DNA from: Octopus sinensis
Taxonomy: Eukaryota
DNA length: 64,000 bases
NCBI RefSeq assembly: GCF_006345805.1
Contig: NC_043001.1
Location: forward strand, 68,572,001 to 68,636,000
Direction of reading: 5' to 3'
The position numbers and the translations under genes were made by a program. Shown here piece after piece: positions 55,830-64,000 of this stretch. Within the stretch, counting starts at the first letter, position 1. Each line of letters begins with the position of its first letter. The notes beneath the pieces were generated by a model. That model made no database searches. It saw nothing but the letters and a program-made list of their open reading frames with translations, and was not told the origin of the DNA.

Positions 55830-56602
55830 ATAGTCAATAAGGGCAATGCATATGCATCACAAAACCTGAGGCCATCACAATCCCTGCATATGAAACAACA
55901 TTGGTCTTCTTTGGAATAGGCGAGGAGAGAAGTTTACATTGCATGGATTGTCGCAAAGTGATGAATCCAAAACTCATGAAGGGTTAGGGAACATTAAAAA
56001 AAATCAGCTAGATCTGCCTCAGAAATATCAGGGTTTCCCATGATGTAATCCGTGTGGTACGCTTTTGACCAGGTGTCAGAAGTCGTGGCACGCATCAAGC
56101 CGAAACGTTCGTCATTCCAAGTTCATTGTGTAGTAATTCTTTCTTCACTTACATGATATAATGATAGCATTACTTATTTGATTTATAGTGTGCCGTCTGT
56201 CATTCATCACCATGTGGTGAGCACGGTCAATGTATTTCTCGATGGTGTCAGTTGCAGGGTTTCCAGACTTTGGGTCATCTTCAAGCTTCTCCATTCCCCT
56301 ACTAAATTCAGCTGTTCACTTTTGCACTGTTGATAACACTGGAGCATCATTTCCTACCGTGGCAACCAAGTCAGCATGAATGTCCTTGCGAGCTAAATCC
56401 TTTTTAGTAGGTGCTTGATACTAGCACAGTGCCAAATTTTCTTGATTTTCAAGAGACGTTACTACTACATATTTTTGAGGTTGTCAAATGTCAGTTTACC
56501 TGGGATGAAACAATTAATAATTTGAAATGGATGCATGGGAGATTTCACAGCACTACATTGATTCTTCATAGTCAGCATACGAACCTCTCAGCTCTCCCTC
56601 AT
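55830..56602 (-). mobile_element. mariner transposon remnant
   Basis: DIHADLVAT, STVQK, LEDDPKSG.P, CVPRLLTPGQK (WVPxxL motif); TIR-like tatgagggagagctgagagg. Confidence 0.8.
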
Positions 56603-56611
56603 ACATGTATA

Positions 56612-56643
<32 letters not shown>

Positions 56644-57458
56644 CGAGAAAGAAGCAACAAGAATGGATTAGTTTTTAGTACAATTGTTTCATACAAAGAC
56701 AGGCTTTATATATATATATATATACATACATACATGTATATATGCATATATGGATACAGGGCATCACAAAACGTAAACAACATGAAATACGGAGTACGAA
56801 TACATGGAAAACGAACTATTTTTATGCGAACAACGAAAGAAACAAATGGAAAACAATACAGGTAACATACAGAACGACCTTCATCAGGTGTCGGCTGTTA
56901 TTCTACTCCATATTTCGAGCAACTCACGACAAGATGTGCCATCGAGAAAACATTTGCTTCCGCGAACCAAAATAGTATTTGGGATTTGCGGAGGATCAAA
57001 GTTGGTAACGAAAACAGGACAGTGAAAATAAAACAGTGAAAACAAACAGTGAGGGATGCTGAGCCATACGAGGTAAGGTGGCGAACACTAGACGAACAAG
57101 CTTTGATAGGAGAAAAGACAGGAGAGGAGACAGAGAAAAATGCGTCTGGTCTGTGATAGAGACCGAAAGAAAAGGAAGATGATCGAGTGAGGAAAAGATG
57201 GCTGCTGGTCACGTGTGAGCAAACGAGAGAGTAAAAGAAGAAGAGTGAGAGAGAGAGAGGGACAGATAGAAAACGATGAAGGGGAGAAAACATTAGAGAA
57301 AGTTAGAGAGAGAAAACGAAAGGGAGAAAAGGGGAGAAAAAATGGAGAGAGGACGAGAAAAGAATGAGAGGGAGGAAAGAGAAAAAGAGAAGAGTACAGG
57401 TTAGAGTCGCATCGAAATTATTAAGATGAACTTACTTGGAAATAGATGCGTGACATTC

Positions 57459-57490
<32 letters not shown>

Positions 57491-57559
57491 TAATATATAT
57501 ATATATGTGTGTGTGTGTGTATGTGTGTAGGAGTAGGAGTGGCTGTTTGGTAAGTATAA

Positions 57560-57955
57560 GCGTAGGAGTGGCTGTGTTGTGAGTAGCTTGCTTACTAACC
57601 ACATGGTTCCGGGTTCAGTCGCACTGCATGGCACTTTGGGCAAGTGTCTTCTACTATAGCCTCAGACATTGTGAGTGGATTTGGTAGACGGAAACGGAAA
57701 GAAGCCCGTGGTATATATGTATGTATATATATATATGTATGTGAGTGTGTATATGTTGTGTGTCTGTGTTTGTCCTCCCAACATCGCATGACAACCGATG
57801 CTGGTATGTTTACGTCCCCGTAACTTAGCGGTTCGGCAAAAGAGACCGATAGAATAGGTACTAGGCTTACAAAGAATAAGTTCTGGGGTCGATTTACTCA
57901 ACTAAAGGCGGTGATCCAGCATGGCCACAGTCAAATGAATAAAACAAGTAAAAGA
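57560..57955 (+). mobile_element. tRNA-derived SINE, family of 1978-2520; partial copies at about 37060-37215 and 63685-63845
   Basis: gcgtaggagtggctgtg..ggttccgggttcagtc..ttgggcaagtgtcttctactatagcc..gatttggtagacggaaac. Confidence 0.8.
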
Positions 57956-58195
57956 GAGTGAAAGAGTGTAGGGAGAATTCACAAAAAATGAAGACAGGTG
58001 ATGTAGACAACAAACAGATGTATTAGTTTAATGCTCAGGAAGTGAAAAAGTCTTTAACGCTTCGAGCCTACTCTCTTCCACAGAAAGGAACACAGAAAGA
58101 AACAAGGAGAGAAAATAAAGGATTTGTAGTTGCTAGCGATCCATCATAGAGAGTGATGCATGCATATATACATACATATATGTACATACTTACAC

Positions 58196-58228
<33 letters not shown>

Positions 58229-58397
58229 TGTATGTATGTATGTATGTATATATATATATATATAAGAAAATAGTAAAGAGTGAAAAAACGACAGAAGGCT
58301 TAAATGTTAAAGAATATATATAGTTGCGTCAATATGTCTGGAGAATATTGGAAAAATTTTTTTCCCTTCTTATAATGACATAATTTTATAATTTTTA

Positions 58398-58436
58398 AAG
58401 AAAGACCGGTTTCGCATTTAGCTCTTCAAATTTCTT
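58398..58436 (-). ncRNA. Minimal hammerhead motif (U3.G8) in the inverted pseudo-LTR
   Basis: aagaaa t TTGAAGA gc-taaat-gc GAAA ccgg TC tttctt. Confidence 0.65.
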
Positions 58437-59276
58437 GCGACGTAATGTTTCTCTTTAATATCGTTATCCTTGTTTTTTTGCTTTCAACACAACAACACAC
58501 CTTCCCCAAAAATACTACCTTACATATCTACATACAACCCCAGAAACAAAGAAGCTTTCACCATCATCACCCAGAATTTACCAATACTTCATAAAAACCC
58601 CAAATTAAGGAAATTTCTAAACATACACCAAATCATTAAAAGCTACAAACAGCCTAATCACTTAAAAAGATTCTCACAAAGGCAAAATTGTCTTCTGAAA
58701 TTACGGATGCCAAAAGTAAAAAGATGTGGTAGATCGAACTGTGCAACATGTCCTAACCTACAAGAAGGATCAGAATCTTCTTTAAAGAGGGACAGAAATT
58801 CAAGATCAAATCTAACTTTACTTGTGCCTCGAAAACAAATTTATGTCATAAAATGCTCGGGCTGCCACCAAGATTACGTGGGTTCCACGGGACTATCACT
58901 CAGACGTAGATGCACACTGCATCGACAACAGATTGCATTCCCAGAATATAGAATGATACCTTTTAGTGAGCACATAGAGAATGCGCAAAGCAACTACAAC
59001 CACAATTTTTAATCTTTCCATTTTACCAATGTGCTTTCGGATCATCAACACAAATTAGACTAAACAAGGAAACATTCTTCATTGAAAAGTACAACCCAGA
59101 CTCAACTATCCAAACATAATAATACAGAAAATTCACACTAAGAGAAAAAGGGAAAAAAAAAATTTTAAGCGATTATCTCCCTTACACCGGAAGAAATCAC
59201 GCACTACCTTCCCTTATTTAGAACTCTCCGTAGCAAAAAACAAGGATAACGCTATTAAAGATAAACATTACCTCGC

Positions 59277-59314
59277 AAGAAATTGAAGAGCTAAATGCGA
59301 AACCGGTCTTTCTT
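59277..59314 (+). ncRNA. Minimal hammerhead motif (U3.G8, GUC site)
   Basis: aagaaa TTGAAGA gc-taaat-gc GAAA ccgg TC tttctt. Confidence 0.72.
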
Positions 59315-59384
59315 TAAAAATTATAAAATTATGTCATTATAAGACGCCAAAAATTTTTTCCAATATTCTCCAGACATATGGACG

Positions 59385-59484
59385 NNNNNNNNNNNNNNNN
59401 NNNNNNNNNNNNNNNNNNNNNNNNNNNNNNNNNNNNNNNNNNNNNNNNNNNNNNNNNNNNNNNNNNNNNNNNNNNNNNNNNNNN
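59385..59484. other. Assembly gap (100 N)
   Basis: Run of N. Confidence 1.
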
Positions 59485-59831
59485 CACTCTTATATAAAGA
59501 TGCTTTTTTTTTTTCAGTCATAGAGTTAGATTTATGAAGGTCTTCAGTAGAAAATCCTTCGAATTCTGACTCGCTGCTTGATATAATAAAATTCGTATCC
59601 ATTTTTTGTCAGAATTACAAATTTTGAAAACACAATAGGAACAAATTTCGGAAAAAATATCCATAATTCACGGAATTAAAATTACACTTCGATTTTTGTA
59701 CAAAACTGTATAGTGAAGTGTTTACGAAGTATAAATACGTGTTTTCACGAATGTACTGAAGAGATTTGCTCTGATATTCTCATTTAAATATGAATAGGTA
59801 AATTCGGGCGGCTTGGTAACGAAAGGGTTAA
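59485..59831 (-). mobile_element. piggyBac-like terminus
   Basis: TTAA|CCCTTTCG end at 59831-59820; SSSESEFEGF N-terminal peptide. Confidence 0.6.
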
Positions 59832-60706
59832 ACGGATGCATACATTATTAATCTCTTATTATAATAACTATATATAAGTGTCGTCTGTTTATACATAAAA
59901 CACTGTTTCATACTGCAATTATATATACATATATCTATATTAATATATATAATAAATATATACAGAGTAAATAAAAACCAATTTACCTTTTCTGTCCGTC
60001 CGTGTGTCTTTGCAAATGTGTTGGAATGATAAGTGAGTGTTTTGGTGTTTTGGCGCCTTTTTTACTAATAACAAACACACACATGTTTGTATGTAGTTGT
60101 ATGTGATGTAGTTGTATGTAGTTGTATATGTATGTGTATGCGTGTGGGTGAGGAATGACACACACACACTCACGCCGCACACATGTACATCAATGCTTTC
60201 GGAGTGATATGTTAAAATATTGAGTTTTCTCGAATTTGTCTAATTGGGTGTGAAATTGAAAGAATATATTATGGCATGAGCGAATGGAGTACTTTGAAAA
60301 TCTTAGGTAAATTCTAATTGAAGAATTGTGTGAGGAGTAAATGGTTATGTATATTTGTTTCTGTTTGCTGTGTTTTTTATTTTTTGAGTAGTGGTTTAAA
60401 TACTTTCAATTTAGTCTTCCTCAAATCACTCTGTCGCTATTTACTTTCATTTATTGTTGCACACTGTGTGTGTGCGTTTGCGTGTGGTGTAAACCAGACT
60501 AAGAAAAGCATTTGACACACACACCAGAATGTGAGTTTTCTGTAAATTTTGCTTAATTGAGTTCAAAATTTAAAAACTGGACCTGGCATGACGCGATGCA
60601 TTCTACTCTTAAAAATGCTAGGTAAATTGTAATTGAAGAAATCCTATATTGTTGATTTCTATAACTCCCAAAGGGAGGCAGATAAAATCTGCCTTTTACA
60701 ATAAGA

Positions 60707-60738
<32 letters not shown>

Positions 60739-60844
60739 GGGGGTTATGTATATACATGCATGTGTACAGAGAAATCACCCTACTTGATATGTAGAAAAGC
60801 TGTGTTGAAATTCCACACAGTGTATATAGCGCAAACCATGGACA

Positions 60845-60936
60845 CATATATAGGTGACTGGATTAGCAGTGGAAGATAATGCTCTGAAAGTGTAGCTGCT
60901 AGAATAGGAGTTGACTGGGTAAAGTTCAGAGAGTTT
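60845..60936 (+). mobile_element. Short RTE LINE fragment
   Basis: YIGDWISSG..CSESVAARIGVDWVKFRE. Confidence 0.55.
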
Positions 60937-63900
60937 TGTAGGAAAACTTGTAATTGTCAAGTTTCACAAAATACTCCTCTGAATAGCCACTGCTTGCATT
61001 AGAATGTTGTGTAGAAATGTGAGATCACGACTTCACATCCTCAGCAGGCTAGAGTTTACTACATTGGGGCACAATTAACTTCAAATGATGCTACCTGGCA
61101 CATTGGAGCTCTTCCTCAAAAACTGCTTCTAAACAATCTACTTACTTTGCCATCCACTTATGTGGCCTCAAGACATAAGACATACTTTATACCTTATCCT
61201 GATAACTTGTGGTGGAATTCTTTACATCTGTAAAATATGTTGTTGGAAGTTGTTTGCTTATACTATTCCAAAATAAGACTTCTCTTTCTTTAATTGATTT
61301 TTTAATGCAACCTTAGCTTGTAGGCATAAATTCTACAGGAGGACTTTTGCTCATTAGGTAAAATCATATAATTTAATATCATCTAAGCTAAAATTCTCTT
61401 TCACTTACCTTTCTTCTTTTTTTTACTAATCCCAACTCCCTTAGCACAGACCTTATTTTCCATGCTACTCTATTCCTTGCCCCTGTTGTTCTCAGCTGCT
61501 TTAGCTTGTCTGTAAATTAGTGCTTTGGTTCAATAACTGACAAGATTTTTACAGCTAGCCATTAATTTCCTGTTCTTTCTGTCTGGTTTTTCTCAAGTAA
61601 TATCTTCATCTTGTGCCCCCTCTGCTATTTGACTGTGTCCTCCGCTTCTTCCCACTCCTTCCTCACAACCCCACTCTACTGTCTTTAAATCTTTATATCT
61701 CTAAAAAGATTGCTTAAAAATATGGATTTGCCACCTTGCTCTTGGAAAGGGATGCCAAGTTACTTTACCAATTTCATTGAGACTTGTTGCAAGACACACA
61801 GCCTTGACATCATGTTCATGATAACCATATGAATACGTTTATCATGTAAATTATAGCCCTCTTGAAACAGCTGTTGAAATAAGACTTTGCATAATTCTGT
61901 TCTTTTGTTATCTTTTTATCTTTATTCTGCAATCTGTATCTTTTGTACTCTATGTAAATAATGTCCAAGCTTACATGTGTTTATCGACCTATGTCTACAT
62001 GTGCATGCACGTGTGTGTGTGTGTGTGCAATACCAATTGTCGATGTCCCAAGAAAAATGTTGGTTCAGAAGAGTGCACAGTATATAATCTCAGAAACACA
62101 GAAAAGAAAGGAGGGGAAAAAAATATAAAAGTTCTTTTGAATACTTATAGAATATAAATATTGTTCTTATATGTTCTTATATATTCATAATTCTCCTGTT
62201 ATTTTTCTTTTTAAATAGTCAATGTTTGATGTAAATTATTTCGAAGTGTGTGCTGAATAAAAACTAACACCATTTTCTTTCAAGATGTAAATTTCTGACA
62301 ATTTCAAGCCACCTTTCACTTGAACCAGTGAGCTTTTGGCACGAAGAACTATGTCTGGTTAAAGAGAGGTTACTGCCACCTATTCCAGAAAGGCAAGTTT
62401 TCCCTTCAGGTGTATTCACATCTCTCAGACAGGGGCATGATACAAAATAAAAAGAGGATTCCCCACAGTTGTTTTTGCCTAGAAAGAAGCCTTATCACCT
62501 ATCCTTGGGGATTTCACATTTTGAGGTGGTGATATCTACTGCTTATTGACTACAACTCTCTGCAGGTCAGTTGACTTTGGCAATTTCTGTGAGGACCTTA
62601 TCATGCTTTCACTTGCATTGGCCTTCTCCCTGTCAAAATAGGACTTTGGATACAAGCACTTGCTCCACACTGCTTGCAAGGTGGGTCAGGCTTTTCCTTT
62701 GTCTTAGATCTCAGATTTTCAGGAGTCAACAAGAGACCAGCTGCTGTACACAAGGAAGGGACAGCTAACCCTGGATGGTACCCTTGTGTTCTATCTAAAC
62801 CAGTGATCACTTGACTGCTTTGTTCCGTGTATCTAATGTTCTTGGTAAGCAAGCCCTTCTCTGCTTGTACAGAGTGAATTCTCTTTGAATCCTCTCAAAA
62901 CCTACACACTATGAGTGCTTCCGGCATTGCCTTACCTCTTGGTGTTGTAGCTGCCAAATACTAAGTGTCCTCGACAGTCCACCCCAACAACACCCTGATG
63001 TTAGCAGTACATTACTACCCCCTATGCATTTCCATAGGTTTTCCATTTTCTACACTTTCTAATATTTTGTTCTGGTGGTTGTTATTGAATGCTTTACAAA
63101 ACCTTTAAAAGTCAGAGCTGCTCTGCTTTTTATTATTTTAATTCCTCACATATTTTTTCCAAGACAGGTGCAAAATTTGTCACAGACTTTTTTTTTTTTT
63201 TTTGAAACTGAAAATATTTCAAATGTTTAACATGTTTAGAATATAATGTCTAGGTTTCACAACACAAAATAAACTGAATGCATATTCTGAAAATAGATAT
63301 TCTAGTGTCCTCATATACACATATCAGTTGTAGCCTTAATGAAGGCTGAAATTTTCTAGAAATTTTCTATTCATTACTCCTGAATTCTATTAGCAATTTT
63401 GTCAGCTAGATTTGCACACGTGTTAAACAGGTTGCCGTGATATATGAACGAAGGTATGTCTGTCATAGTTTTAGGACTCACATAACACTTTCCAGAACAG
63501 GAATTATAAGAAATAATAGTTGCATTAAAATTTGTTGTGATGTCTGACATGTTACATGTCAATGAAATAAAATTCATAAGAATTTGAAAATCTATTTTCA
63601 TTAAGCACGACCATATCACAGCCATCAACATGGAAGAGGCCCGGCACTAATTATCAAGAATATTTCTATTCAATATTTCCATGCGTTGCTGCATGGTTAA
63701 GAACTGTGCTTTCCAACTGTAGTGTTTTGGGTCCAGTCCCATTGCATGGCACCTTGCACAAATGTCTTCTACTATAGCCTTTAACTGACCAAAACCTTGT
63801 GAGCGGATTTGGTAGATGGAAACTGAATGAAGCCCTTCATGTGTATATATGTGTGTGAGGATCTATGTGTAATTATGACCTTACATACATGTATATACAA

Positions 63901-64000
63901 AAGAGGGAAAGAGAGGGAGAGAGAGAGAGGGGGAGAGAGAGAGGGACAGTAATGGAAAAAGACAGTGCAGGATAGGTTAAAGTAACTTAAGACTATGATG

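Larger units (their letters stand above)
58262..59384 (+). mobile_element. Penelope-like element: inverted pseudo-LTR, frameshifted GIY-YIG, pseudo-LTR
   Basis: Same family as 29672-31097; 58330-58470 is the reverse complement of 59243-59384. Confidence 0.9.

Noticed and set aside
56875-56925. CTGATGA with upstream GAAA on the minus strand
   Set aside because: Stem II and III pairings fail; not a convincing hammerhead
58048-58086. TGGAAGA gag-tagg-ctc GAAG cgt TA on the minus strand
   Set aside because: Core mismatches at several invariant positions and weak stem I; at best a dead remnant
59321-59602. ORF spanning the N gap
   Set aside because: Artefact joining a piggyBac-like end to a PLE pseudo-LTR across unknown sequence
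61000-63000. Possible very old non-LTR retrotransposon on the minus strand
   Set aside because: Only faint peptide resemblance; not supportable without a profile search

Overview
AT-rich, microsatellite-dense eukaryotic DNA made almost entirely of decayed mobile elements. The SINE families and repeat landscape suggest a cephalopod (Octopus-like) genome; this is an inference. No intact protein-coding gene is evident, only weak minus-strand exon candidates. The window holds six R4/Dong-type RLE non-LTR retrotransposon pieces sitting in (TAA)n tracts, an RTE LINE with a 5' inversion, tRNA-derived SINEs, hAT, Tigger, mariner and piggyBac remnants, and non-autonomous Helitrons. It also holds many Penelope-like element (PLE) pieces sitting in (TA)n tracts. 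The main signal is at the RNA level: by-eye folding gives about 12 intact or near-intact type I hammerhead ribozyme (HHR) motifs in six unrelated repeat families. Their core 3-8 pair co-varies (C-G, U-A, U.G, possibly G-C) and most have a palindromic minimal stem III. The standout is 31934-32969, an ORF-less array of 363-bp units (about 2.1 tandem copies plus an inverted partial copy) with one U3-A8 HHR per unit, lying next to a GIY-YIG PLE. It is a candidate retrozyme that could produce a structured circular RNA of about 363 nt. All ribozyme activity is predicted, not shown.
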